A program made the translations under genes and the position numbers. The notes under the pieces are model-generated. The model worked only from the letters and a program-made list of their open reading frames with translations, searched no databases and had not been told where the DNA came from. This document shows, piece after piece, positions 50,236-59,194 of a DNA stretch of 64,000 nucleotides (positions are counted from its first letter, which is position 1; the number at the start of each line of letters is the position of its first letter). Origin of the DNA: a virus (lineage: Duplodnaviria > Caudoviricetes); the IMG/VR virus record IMGVR_UViG_2744054974_000002, positions 4,951 through 68,950 of that record; one strand, 5' to 3'.

Positions 50236-50787
50236 TTATTTTTGACTAGGAATAAAAAAAGAGATGTGATTTTTTGTTAAATCATATCCCTTTGTTATTA
50301 AAAAATCAGTATGTTTTTGTTTAGTATCTAATAGTTTACCACACTTAGATTTAAAACATTTTTTACTACTATCATATACTAGATAGTTATGAATTCTCCT
50401 ATGAGTTTGTTTGTCTAGAAAAAACACATCTTCAAAATGCTCATCTAGATAACTCCAGTGGTGAATTTCACATTCTTTAGGAGTGTTGAGTTTCCTAGAA
50501 AGATTTTTGTACTTAGCATTCTTGTAATTTCTTTTTTTATTTGCCTCCATTTGCTTTTCCTTATAGTTTAATCTCTCATATTTCTCCCTTCCTCTTTCTC
50601 TCTGCTTTTCAACCCAAGTAGGATCTTGTGATTTAATTCTACTATGTTTTATTGCTTCTGATTTACAACATTCTTTGCATTTGTTCAAGTGCCCATCAAA
50701 CATTTGCTTATGTTTGTAAAAATGACTTATAGGTTTAGTCACTTTACATTTTATACACTCTTTAGAATGGTAGATTGTCTTCATCAT
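50236..50787 (-). CDS. HNH endonuclease-like protein
   Basis: CxxC...F.K.....DG....CKEC Zn motif and EIHHWSY...H..IH; start moved to ATG 50787. Confidence 0.65.
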   Translation of the reverse strand: MMKTIYHSKECIKCKVTKPISHFYKHKQMFDGHLNKCKECCKSEAIKHSRIKSQDPTWVEKQRERGREKYERLNYKEKQMEANKKRNYKNAKYKNLSRKLNTPKECEIHHWSYLDEHFEDVFFLDKQTHRRIHNYLVYDSSKKCFKSKCGKLLDTKQKHTDFLITKGYDLTKNHISFFIPSQK

Positions 50788-51196
50788 CTTCGTTGTACTG
50801 TGGTGTAGGAGGAAATTGATTACCTGGAGCAGGTTGACTTTGTTGATTCTGTTTCCATTGCTGATGAGCATCTGCTGCCGAACCTTGGCCGTGGTAAGTG
50901 CCATCTTGCATTTGCGGTTGGTTTACAGCTGCAGTAATTTTCCAAGCTTGAATTGTGTTGAAATATCTTACTTCGCCTTGTGGTGAAGTCCACTCTCTGC
51001 CTTTGAGATTTAAGTCTACCTTTACGTAAGTTCCGACTTGGAATCCGTCTAGTAAATTCACTCTGTCTTGAGTTACTTCGATTAGGATGTCTTGCGGATA
51101 TTGTTCATCCGTTGTAACGACAAACTCTCTTTTTTTAAAAGAAGAGCTAATATCTTGAGTGCTTCCTATTAGTTTTATACGTCCTTGTATGTCCAT
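50762..51196 (-). CDS. single-stranded DNA-binding protein (DUF3127 family)
   Basis: [18 protein letters not shown]...G...YFN.I.AWKI and acidic tail DDEDNLPF. Confidence 0.85.
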   Translation of the reverse strand: MDIQGRIKLIGSTQDISSSFKKREFVVTTDEQYPQDILIEVTQDRVNLLDGFQVGTYVKVDLNLKGREWTSPQGEVRYFNTIQAWKITAAVNQPQMQDGTYHGQGSAADAHQQWKQNQQSQPAPGNQFPPTPQYNEDDEDNLPF

Positions 51197-51198
51197 GG

Positions 51199-51366
51199 TT
51201 AAATATTTGGTGGTGAGATTGTTTGCCCATTTTCGTTATAATGAACACACTTATACCATTCGTTTTTTAGTTTCTCATACTCTTTTGATTTATGATCATT
51301 CCAACCATAAATACTAGCTTCTTTTTTAAGAGTTTCTATTTCTTTTTTAATCGTTTCTTTACTCAT
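51199..51366 (-). CDS. hypothetical protein, 55 aa (not in ORF track)
   Basis: MSKETIKKEIETLKKEASIYGWNDHKSKEYEKLKNEWYKCVHYNENGQTISPPNI; ends 2 bp before the SSB start. Confidence 0.6.
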   Translation of the reverse strand: MSKETIKKEIETLKKEASIYGWNDHKSKEYEKLKNEWYKCVHYNENGQTISPPNI

Positions 51367-51522
51367 ATTATTTTGCCGATTCCTACAATCGGGAAGTTTT
51401 ACTTATTATATTTACACTATACTTAACAATAAGTACTTTTAAGTATTATTTTAACTATAATTAAATTATTTATCTCAATAAAATCAGTAACTTTATTATC
51501 ATAAAAACAGGTTTCAACAAAA

Positions 51523-51861
51523 GAAAGCAAGCACAGTCTGTTTTTCATAATACAATTTTCAATCTAAATTTTATTTTATTGCTACTAGGGCTGTGCTTTG
51601 CTTTCATATAAAACATGAAAGAGGGTATAGGGACTTTTCTGCATCAATAAAAACAAAATGTTTTTATAAAAGTGGGGACTTCATTGCAGATTTTTAAACA
51701 TATACAACCTAGACCTCTTTCTACTATTTTAAAGGAAAGGAGTAGAAAATTTATTAAGTAGTCGATTGTGTATTAAATTAATTAGGTGTAGATTCAGTCA
51801 CAATGATTACAATCAATGGTAGTTTTAAATAACATTACAAAAATTAATTAATACTCCTTTC
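51523..51861 (+). ncRNA. candidate ncRNA array: three tandem stem-loops closed by GAAAG...CTTTC
   Basis: Units 51523-51605, 51617-51721 and 51735-51861 with 11- and 13-nt linkers; no long ORF; G-U pairs favour the + strand. Confidence 0.6.
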
Positions 51862-51882
51862 TCTTTTTCATCTTCCATCATC

Positions 51883-52278
51883 CTATAATTTTTCAATATC
51901 TACATCCCAAAGACCTAGTTTGCCTTTTACGTTTAGAATTGGTTTTTCATAGAAAACAGCGTCTTTTAAAACCCAGTGCCAAATACCTTCTCCTTTATCT
52001 GCCCAAATTGATTTGTGGTTTTGAACACAATCTGCAATAGTAACTTCGCCGATAATTGCACTAAGAGTTAATATTGGCTTCTGTATTGATTTTATGATTG
52101 TGTATTGCTCATTAGTTAATGAAGCATTTTTATCACCATACATTGGCGCGTGTATGTAAACACGTCCTCTGAATCTAGTTCGCCAAGTTCTGTTCTCGAT
52201 ATCCTTAACCCCTAGGCAGATTAACTCTGCCCAAGGTTGCTTTACTGAAAGTGCTTTAGTTATTTCTTTGCCAGCCAT
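51883..52278 (-). CDS. ASCH domain protein
   Basis: ALSVKQPWA.LI..G.KDIENR.W.T..RG.VYIHA and KG.LGLW. Confidence 0.9.
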   Translation of the reverse strand: MAGKEITKALSVKQPWAELICLGVKDIENRTWRTRFRGRVYIHAPMYGDKNASLTNEQYTIIKSIQKPILTLSAIIGEVTIADCVQNHKSIWADKGEGIWHWVLKDAVFYEKPILNVKGKLGLWDVDIEKL

Positions 52279-53218
52279 CTGCGATTTGTTTTAGGGTTTC
52301 ACGTTCTTTGTTTACAAGCCATTTACGCGCCATTGTAACTCTTCGAGTCATGTGTTTTATATCATCTTCTGTAAGAACTACATTGAATGATTTAAGACGC
52401 ATATGTGGAGGAATTGAAAAGTCTTGAATAGGATTGTAGAAGTCGTAACCAGGATATTCTTTTTTGAATTTTGCTACGTCGAAAATCATGTTTCGCTCTA
52501 GTTGAGCAACTTTGTAACGGAATTCTTCATCTGTGTCGTCAGGTTGTCCCATCTGAAACCACATTCTTCTCTTTTCATCCTCAATTAAGTGGAGTGGTGC
52601 ATTTACTAAACAGTAAACAAGCTCCGCTTCTGTTTTGGTTTCTAACTCAGGAAAATCGTAACTATGAGCAATCCACATATAGCCTTTTAATTGCCATTCG
52701 TACAGTGTTGTTAGTTCTGCGTTTTCAAAAGACTCCATGTCCCAATTGCTTTTGGTATCCTTGATTTTCTTTTGAAGATTATCGGGGGTTCCTTGGATAA
52801 AACCATTGCTTAGGTGTTCATCATTCTTTCGGTAGAAAAACTCATCGCGTTGAGAGTTTAAATCAAGTGAATCCTCTTCACAAATAGTTCCCTTGCTTAG
52901 ATATTTGTTTTCAAGGAATCTTCTGCGTTTCCAAAATTCATGGCGAAACACTTCTTCTAAATAAGTGATTGCACCTGTTGGAAGTTCATCGCCTTTTTCG
53001 CGATCATCTGTTAGTTTAATGAGTTCATCAGCTTTATTTTGAGTCCACTTAACTTTGTTACCGTTGGCATTTACTCCGTAATCTCGCTCATTGACTAATT
53101 CCTTGATTCTAGCTTCTCTTTTTTCCGCTGCTTCCTTGCTTGGAAGGTTTGTCATTAACTTACCAAATGAAGAACATCTAGCTTCCCAATTGGTGAATAT
53201 TAAGTTTTCTGTTTGCAT
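52256..53218 (-). CDS. YqaJ/lambda-like exonuclease
   Basis: R.SS.G.LM, KG...E, GTPD, DTK and YEWQL.GYM motifs. Confidence 0.8.
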   Translation of the reverse strand: MQTENLIFTNWEARCSSFGKLMTNLPSKEAAEKREARIKELVNERDYGVNANGNKVKWTQNKADELIKLTDDREKGDELPTGAITYLEEVFRHEFWKRRRFLENKYLSKGTICEEDSLDLNSQRDEFFYRKNDEHLSNGFIQGTPDNLQKKIKDTKSNWDMESFENAELTTLYEWQLKGYMWIAHSYDFPELETKTEAELVYCLVNAPLHLIEDEKRRMWFQMGQPDDTDEEFRYKVAQLERNMIFDVAKFKKEYPGYDFYNPIQDFSIPPHMRLKSFNVVLTEDDIKHMTRRVTMARKWLVNKERETLKQIADGWQRNN

Positions 53219-53220
53219 GG

Positions 53221-53640
53221 TTATTCTTTTTTACCACCGTGTATTCGGCTTAGTTGATATTGTTTTGATAGTTCTGGATTTCTCTCTAATTCGAGATTGT
53301 GTTCTAAACAACAAGGTTTCCAAAATCTGACATCTAAAAAGAGCGTTATCCCGTTTTCTCTTGCCCAATCATCTGCATAGCCAACGCGACCGCGGAGATG
53401 TTCCACAGTAGTAGCTTGCTTATTACAGCCTTCGATAAAACATTTTTGATTGTATTCTTTAGAGAGGAACTCTAGTCGGATAACTTTGTAGATTTCGTTA
53501 TCCTCTTGTCTTTTTTTGGAAACCTGATTGATTCGCTTAGGTTTAGCGTATTTCATTTTGCAAGAGTAAGAGCAGTATGGTTCAAGAGAATTGTACTGTA
53601 TAAACTCCTTGCCACATTTACAAATTTTAGGATTGGCCAC
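53221..53640 (-). CDS. Zn-binding HNH/NinG-like protein
   Basis: CxCG...CS..C N-terminus; C...GC...AT.VEH..GR...CC..H. Confidence 0.6.
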   Translation of the reverse strand: MANPKICKCGKEFIQYNSLEPYCSYSCKMKYAKPKRINQVSKKRQEDNEIYKVIRLEFLSKEYNQKCFIEGCNKQATTVEHLRGRVGYADDWARENGITLFLDVRFWKPCCLEHNLELERNPELSKQYQLSRIHGGKKE

Positions 53641-54586
53641 TTAATGCTCTCTTTTTGTCATCAAGCAAAACGATGTGTTCCATTTGCTCAATGTGAGGAG
53701 AAAGTTTTTCTAGGTCTTTTAAGTTTTCAATACCTTCGATTGCTTTTGGAATAAGTTCGCTTTCTTTGGAATTGTAAAGCTCTTGAAGTTCGATATTATC
53801 TGAATCAGCAACGGCTTTTTTTAGCTGCAAAAGAGAACTAAATTTATCTGCTTTATCTAAGTACTCTTTCAATCGGTTTAATTCTTTTTCTTTTATCTGT
53901 TCTTCTTTTGATAATCGAGTTGAACCAACCTCTGTGTAAGGAATATCCTCTGCATCGCCATCAGTAATATCTGTACCTTCAATGTGATTGTAAAGCCAAC
54001 ATTTTGCTTTACGTTCAGCTTTACCATTACAAGAATCTGTTGTTGCATAAGAACCTGCTTTTACTGTAAATTCAAGTAGTTGTTTGATTGGTTTGTCTTC
54101 TCCGATTTGGTAAGTAACTTCACAAGTAACTAAGGCGGTTTCTTTATTTTGAGCAAACGTTGTTGTTGGGTAAATAATACTGTAACGAAGTCCTTTTATT
54201 TTTTTAAGTAAATAAGTAAAACCCTCTTTTGTTACATACATATTACTCGCAATAATGTTGAATTGATTTCCAGTAGGATTTAACCCTAACAATACAGCGT
54301 CAATTAAACAATCCTTTACAGTTTCCAATGGATATGGTTGAGGCATTTGCCCTTTACTTGGTTTGTCTCTATCTGTTCTAAATCCAAGCTTAGATCCTGC
54401 TAAACTCATAATCGGTTGCATTACCTCTGGGGTTAATGTATTTCGAATAACTGAAATTGCATTAGCCATTGCAAAAGCATTTGTGAAGTTCTGACTCTTG
54501 TCGGATAAAACAGCTAATACTTGTGTGTTTATTGTTTCTGCTGCCGCTAATTGGTATTGTGGGAGTGTACTTATTTCGTTTGCCAT
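53627..54586 (-). CDS. putative recombinase/ssDNA-annealing protein
   Basis: Lies near the exonuclease; GL.P..NQF.II...Y.TKEG pattern is reminiscent of RecT-like proteins. Confidence 0.45.
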   Translation of the reverse strand: MANEISTLPQYQLAAAETINTQVLAVLSDKSQNFTNAFAMANAISVIRNTLTPEVMQPIMSLAGSKLGFRTDRDKPSKGQMPQPYPLETVKDCLIDAVLLGLNPTGNQFNIIASNMYVTKEGFTYLLKKIKGLRYSIIYPTTTFAQNKETALVTCEVTYQIGEDKPIKQLLEFTVKAGSYATTDSCNGKAERKAKCWLYNHIEGTDITDGDAEDIPYTEVGSTRLSKEEQIKEKELNRLKEYLDKADKFSSLLQLKKAVADSDNIELQELYNSKESELIPKAIEGIENLKDLEKLSPHIEQMEHIVLLDDKKRALSGQS

Positions 54587-54813
54587 TTTTGTAGGTCTTT
54601 AAAGGTTATGAATTTAATAGGTGTCATTTTCTTAGCATGATTTAACTGTGGTTTACCGTTAATCCAAAACTGTTTTGATGACTTATTTACAATTATAAAA
54701 AGCTCTAATTCTCCTTCGTTAATTGCATCTTTACGCTTTTCATAATCATTAAATAATAAGTGATTCTCAACTTCTTCTGAGAAGTCTAAAAAAAAATATT
54801 CGTTATTCTCCAT
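54571..54813 (-). CDS. hypothetical protein
   Basis: ORF in operon. Confidence 0.65.
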   Translation of the reverse strand: MENNEYFFLDFSEEVENHLLFNDYEKRKDAINEGELELFIIVNKSSKQFWINGKPQLNHAKKMTPIKFITFKDLQKWQTK

Positions 54814-55078
54814 TTGTCATGTAGTCTTTTAATGACTGCCTAGAAATTCTCCAAGATTTACCTGGTCGTTCAGCTTTCAGTAACCCAGATTTAATGTGAT
54901 TCAAAATCGTTGGTTCAGTAACTCCAGTAAATTTGGCGACTTGCTTAACAGTCATATATTGTTCGTTTAAGGGTTTTTCCTTATTCTCGCCACTAGGTAA
55001 TAATCCGAAAGCAACTATGTAATGCGCGATTTTTTTTAGTTGGTCGTCGCTTAAATCAACTTCAACTTTTAGTGCCAT
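54803..55078 (-). CDS. excisionase-like HTH protein
   Basis: MTVKQVA...GV...TI...IK.G.LKA.R.G.SWRI. Confidence 0.8.
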   Translation of the reverse strand: MALKVEVDLSDDQLKKIAHYIVAFGLLPSGENKEKPLNEQYMTVKQVAKFTGVTEPTILNHIKSGLLKAERPGKSWRISRQSLKDYMTNGE

Positions 55079-56571
55079 TATGTTCTAGTTAAAAATTCAA
55101 CAATAAAATCCTGGTCAATGTGTCCATGTTTGGATAAACAGTAATCACAGAAATCGTTTAAAAGAGTTTGTTGAGTTCTTTGTTCTGAGGTTAACTCAAC
55201 TAAAACGATATGATCATTGTCAACGGATTCGATATCCATTAAAGATGGTTCTTGGTCAATAAAATCCTCAGGAAATGCTGTTGTAGCCCAAGTTGGCGGT
55301 TCTTCGTACTCTACTTCTTTAATTTCTGCTTCTGGAATAGGTGGATTTTCTATTCTATACTTAGTATTGTTTAGTAAATCTTGAAACTCTTCTTCATCAC
55401 ATAAAATATCTTCAATAGGAAAGACAATTTTGCAATGTTCTAGGTTTAGAACTAAATCTTCATCGAATCCTAAGTTTTTCAAAGCTTGAATACGTTTAGT
55501 TTTCAGAAGCTCGTCTTTTTCTTTCTGTAATGCTTGTTTCTCTTCTTCTAAACGTTTGTTTTCTGCTTGGATACGTTCTTGTTCAGCTTTTTGGTTCGCT
55601 TCAATTTCCGCTTGCTTTTTAGCGTTTTCCTCAGCAATTCTTTTTGATTCTTCTTCCTGTTCTTGACGTTGTTTTTCAAGTCTTAAACGTTCTTCTTCTT
55701 GCTTATTTAGCAAAGTTTCTCGTTGTTCAAACTCTTTTACTAGCTCAGCGCGTTTAGCTGCGTATTCTGATTGAAACTCTTGAACGTTAATTCCTTTCTC
55801 TTCTTCAAATTCCTTTTTTAATATTTTAAATTTTTCAAAAGGAATAGAGTAAATCTTATTGATCCAACGATTGTAAAAGTCTTGAATCGCTTGCTTGTGG
55901 TTATTGATGCGTTCCGTTTCTTTTCGCTCGTTTTCTAATTTTTCGCGTTCAACTCGCAAATCTTCTTGCTCCTTTAGAGTAGCCTTTTTACTTGATAGAA
56001 CGAATTTTAAACTTTCCAATTCGCCTAGTAAATCTCCTTTAAACTCTTCAAAGTCATCAGGAGAAACCTCTACTCCATTTAACAAGGGTTTTACCTCATA
56101 TTCTAGCGAGTTAGCGTAATCTAAATTTTTGATTTCCTCTGAAACAGTAGCGACAATCGATTTGATGTTGTCTCGGTGCGCTTGTTTACGATTCTCTTCT
56201 TTTTGAAGTTTAGCATTGCGCTCGTCTTCCTTGATCTTCTCCCATCTCTTTACCTCCGTTTGTTGCTTCTCTTCATGAGGTTTAGTAATTTCGATAAACT
56301 CATCATATAAGTCTGAAATAGGTCCAATAATCTTTTCTTTTACTTTACCTATTACAACTTTCTTTTCTGAATCTAACGAAGTCCTAGCGGTTACTAATGC
56401 TGTTCGGTGCTTCTTGGCAAGTGTATAGCTTTCTGTATCGGAAATCTCTGTATAAGGATTTTCTTCAACTATTTTAAGTTGTTGTTCTCTCTTGTTCTTT
56501 ACTTCTTCTAAAGTGTTTACGTTAAAAGTTTCAAGGCTAAATGTTTGTGGTAGGGTTTTATTTTCTGACAT
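55078..56571 (-). CDS. long coiled-coil protein
   Basis: E/K/Q-rich heptads. Confidence 0.75.
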   Translation of the reverse strand: MSENKTLPQTFSLETFNVNTLEEVKNKREQQLKIVEENPYTEISDTESYTLAKKHRTALVTARTSLDSEKKVVIGKVKEKIIGPISDLYDEFIEITKPHEEKQQTEVKRWEKIKEDERNAKLQKEENRKQAHRDNIKSIVATVSEEIKNLDYANSLEYEVKPLLNGVEVSPDDFEEFKGDLLGELESLKFVLSSKKATLKEQEDLRVEREKLENERKETERINNHKQAIQDFYNRWINKIYSIPFEKFKILKKEFEEEKGINVQEFQSEYAAKRAELVKEFEQRETLLNKQEEERLRLEKQRQEQEEESKRIAEENAKKQAEIEANQKAEQERIQAENKRLEEEKQALQKEKDELLKTKRIQALKNLGFDEDLVLNLEHCKIVFPIEDILCDEEEFQDLLNNTKYRIENPPIPEAEIKEVEYEEPPTWATTAFPEDFIDQEPSLMDIESVDNDHIVLVELTSEQRTQQTLLNDFCDYCLSKHGHIDQDFIVEFLTRT

Positions 56572-56875
56572 ATTTCCCGTTGTTTAAAAAATGTGTTTTT
56601 CGTAAATTTTGTAGCAAGGTGGTAAACTTGCTTTTTCTTTCGCCTCTTCTGGTGAAGAAGCTAAAACAGTTATATCTGCGTGGTTGACGTGATCTCCGTA
56701 ACGGAAGTAAACTGTCACTACATACTGTCGTCTCTCGTTCATTTGTGATAAACTCTATGTGTTTTCGAATGGTACTAAAAAAGCCGTCAAAAAGAATTTT
56801 GTCGGCTTCTGTTTGTTCGGAGTAGGTCTTATCAAATAATTTCCAACGTCCATCTTCGATATAAGGTGTAGTCAT
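56558..56875 (-). CDS. hypothetical protein
   Basis: ORF in operon. Confidence 0.6.
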   Translation of the reverse strand: MTTPYIEDGRWKLFDKTYSEQTEADKILFDGFFSTIRKHIEFITNERETTVCSDSLLPLRRSRQPRRYNCFSFFTRRGERKSKFTTLLQNLRKTHFLNNGKYVRK

Positions 56876-56877
56876 AA

Positions 56878-56982
56878 CTACTTTCTTTTTTGCTTAGGTA
56901 GGCTTAAAAGAATAAAGCAAAGGGTAGCTACCAAAACACCCAGTACAGTTATGAGATCGGATAAGAAGTTAATACTAAGCAT
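56878..56982 (-). CDS. 34-aa membrane peptide (not in ORF track)
   Basis: MLSINFLSDLITVLGVLVATLCFILLSLPKQKRK; fills the intergenic gap. Confidence 0.5.
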   Translation of the reverse strand: MLSINFLSDLITVLGVLVATLCFILLSLPKQKRK

Positions 56983-57235
56983 TTCGACGTTCGTTTTTGG
57001 ATACAGCTATTAATTTTGAAGGCTTAGCTTCTTTTTCAGCTATAATATCGACAAGCTCTTGTTTACTGTAAAAACGCCTCTTATCCTCTGATCTTTCTGC
57101 ATTTCTATAAGATGTTAGTTTTCGACTGTAATTCTGATAGAAAGTTGTTGCTTTTATACCTAAAAAATCACACGCCTCGTCTAGTGTTAGAAACTCAATG
57201 TTTTCTTTGTGTGTGTCGATTATATTTTTTGCCAT
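56975..57235 (-). CDS. HTH (Xis/MerR-like) protein
   Basis: LT.DEA..FLGI...TFY...R.Y...EL. Confidence 0.7.
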   Translation of the reverse strand: MAKNIIDTHKENIEFLTLDEACDFLGIKATTFYQNYSRKLTSYRNAERSEDKRRFYSKQELVDIIAEKEAKPSKLIAVSKNERRNA

Positions 57236-57265
57236 TGTTTTGATTTAAAAATTGTTTGATTATTT

Positions 57266-57514
57266 CTAGCGTTTGTCTAGAAACATTTTGCCTTTACCTT
57301 GTAGTTGATATTCTATGGAAATACCGAATGAATCGCATAATTTTAGAACAACATCAATTCCTACATTGGTCCTTCTTGATATAAAGTCAGCCAATGTATT
57401 TGGTTCTATACCAAGTTCTCTGGATAGTTCTTGCCTAGACTGAACTTTTTTTGTTTTAATTAAATGATCGACAGATTCAGCAAAACGATCATTAATCTCA
57501 TATGCTATACTCAT
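57266..57514 (-). CDS. XRE/Cro-like HTH regulator
   Basis: SRQELSRELGI..NTL......R......V.KLC..FGIS.EY...GKG.MF. Confidence 0.8.
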   Translation of the reverse strand: MSIAYEINDRFAESVDHLIKTKKVQSRQELSRELGIEPNTLADFISRRTNVGIDVVLKLCDSFGISIEYQLQGKGKMFLDKR

Positions 57515-58218
57515 TGCGCAGCGGTGTTAACGATTCCTAATATTTTAGCGATGTACCCAAGTCCTTTTTGAGTAACCATTGTTTGAGGTTCTACTTTAGT
57601 GATAGTAGAGTCTCCTTTTTTAATTTGTATCATCGTCTGCTTCAATGCGAAGTAACCACGATTAACAAATTCTTGCTTTGGTTCTTTGGATCCTTTAAAT
57701 AGGATTCCTTTATCCCTTAAAATGTTGTAGAGGATGTTTCGTCCAATATCAAGACCCAGTGATTTTGAAGCTTCTGACATTGTTAACAGTCCATCAGAAG
57801 AAAAAACCTTATCAATGTATTCATCGCGTGGTTTCATTCTCTGGTTCTCTAAAAGCAATGCTTCTTTTTCTTGTTCGCTTTCCAAAAGCATAATTGCTAA
57901 ATCTTTTTTAGTGATTGATTCTAAACTTGGTTTAGCTGATTGCTTTTCTAATTCCTCCCAACGTATAATGAGTTTTGCTCTCGCTTCGTCATTAAATTTC
58001 GTTGCGATATAAAGACATTCTTTTTTTAATAGTTGGTATTCAGGTCTTTTTTCTCCTTTAGTGTCTATATAATCAACGAGGGAAAATTTACCTCCGTTAA
58101 CTTTTTCCCATGCAGATTCCATCTTTCGGATTGCTTTTAATATATCTGCATGAGATTTTCCAGTCATCGCAGCAATTTCTCTACTTGACATCGTATGGTT
58201 TATTTCAATTTGCTTCAT
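57511..58218 (-). CDS. Rha-family antirepressor with C-terminal ANT/KilAC domain
   Basis: MSSREIA.MTGK.H..I..AIR, Y.D.KGE.RP.Y.L, GRN.L...LR and VT.KG..YI. Confidence 0.88.
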   Translation of the reverse strand: MKQIEINHTMSSREIAAMTGKSHADILKAIRKMESAWEKVNGGKFSLVDYIDTKGEKRPEYQLLKKECLYIATKFNDEARAKLIIRWEELEKQSAKPSLESITKKDLAIMLLESEQEKEALLLENQRMKPRDEYIDKVFSSDGLLTMSEASKSLGLDIGRNILYNILRDKGILFKGSKEPKQEFVNRGYFALKQTMIQIKKGDSTITKVEPQTMVTQKGLGYIAKILGIVNTAAQ

Positions 58219-58289
58219 AAATACTTATATTTAAGATAGATTTAACTTATATATGTATTCACATCGTCAATATATATCTATATAATCCG

Positions 58290-58545
58290 TACTTTTGCAA
58301 GACGAATTATCGTGTAAAAACGATGATAAAAGAAAGCTAACACAGGCGGATGTATAACACAAGCCAGAACAGCGTTTGGTAGTAACATTGTGTTACACGT
58401 TTGATAGAGCAGTGCTTATCAGACTTTATGAAACCTGTGTTTTGCTTTCTGAAAGGTTTTTAATTTTTGACAGGTATTGACGCCCCTCGTGGCGTTTTGA
58501 AACAAAGCGATTAAAGTAGTTTAAAATATATCAAAATTAAAAATG
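58290..58545 (+). ncRNA. structured 5' leader/ncRNA with GAAAGC...GCTTTC basal stem
   Basis: Promoter TACTTTTG(58290-58297); hairpin 58307-58326; three-way junction 58331-58450; stem 58457-58470/58531-58543 covering the start region of the next ORF. Confidence 0.6.
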
Positions 58546-58812
58546 AGTATAGAAGAAGCTAAGGAGTTATTAAAAAAACTAGAAGCTTTAAGCGAATCAG
58601 AAAAGGAACGGTTAGGCATTCCGGTCGATAGATTTTTTATTATCCCATCAGGTATTGGAGTACCTGAATATTTGAAATTATGGGATGATGAAGAATTCTA
58701 TATAAACTCAATGCCTAGCCGAGTTGAATTTACTGTAATAGGAGTTATTAGATCTACATACAGTACTTTCGCAAAGATTGACTTAAATAGGTTTGGTAGA
58801 CTCCTCAAATAG
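58543..58812 (+). CDS. accessory hypothetical protein (89 aa) behind the structured leader
   Basis: ORF on the strand opposite the early operon, with its own promoter. Confidence 0.65.
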   Translation: MSIEEAKELLKKLEALSESEKERLGIPVDRFFIIPSGIGVPEYLKLWDDEEFYINSMPSRVEFTVIGVIRSTYSTFAKIDLNRFGRLLK

Positions 58813-58977
58813 GTCTAAATCGACAGAAGCAACTAAGATGTATTTACCATTTCTTTTAGAAATAGTGAAATCAGTTCCAGGGAATTTTTCCTGAAAATCT
58901 TCTAGTAGCTTATCTATTTTAGATTTGTCTTTTTCAAGTCTGTCCATGTAATTCTGCCATTGCTTTCTTTTGCTCAT
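58783..58977 (-). CDS. hypothetical protein, first gene of the early leftward operon
   Basis: ORF downstream of the minus-strand promoter at 59104-59111. Confidence 0.6.
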   Translation of the reverse strand: MSKRKQWQNYMDRLEKDKSKIDKLLEDFQEKFPGTDFTISKRNGKYILVASVDLDLFEESTKPI

Positions 58978-59103
58978 AATTAAGGATGATTAAAATTTAG
59001 TTTAACTTAATTTGCTTGTTTCCCGATATGTCAAAGATCATTTGATATCACTATACGAGTATATTTTAAAAAGAGTGTTCTCGTATAGTGATTTTTGTTG
59101 TTA

Positions 59104-59160
59104 CAAATATATATCAATTTAATTGATATATAAAAACAAAATATCAATTAAATTGATATT
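59104..59160. promoter_or_regulatory. genetic-switch region: two operators ATATCAATTWAATTGATAT and a leftward promoter
   Basis: Palindromes centred at 59120 and 59150; minus-strand TATATTTG at 59104-59111 overlaps the first. Confidence 0.7.
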
Positions 59161-59194
59161 TTTTATATATAATACTAAAAACCAATTACTTATA

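Noticed and set aside
51423-51548. 41-aa minus-strand ORF (MKNRLCLLSF...) starting in the unit-1 loop
   Set aside because: It runs through the stem and an AT-rich promoter region, and the equivalent ATGs in units 2 and 3 give only 6- and 13-codon ORFs, so it was not called as a gene.
51523-51861. CRISPR array or simple terminators as an explanation of the hairpin array
   Set aside because: There are no identical direct repeats or regular spacers and no cas genes; the loops are about 50-105 nt and lack the tight loop plus U-tract of terminators.
58331-58450. Hammerhead ribozyme
   Set aside because: It is a three-way junction with GAAA, but the CUGANGA core is absent (CGGAUGU) and the junction order does not fit.
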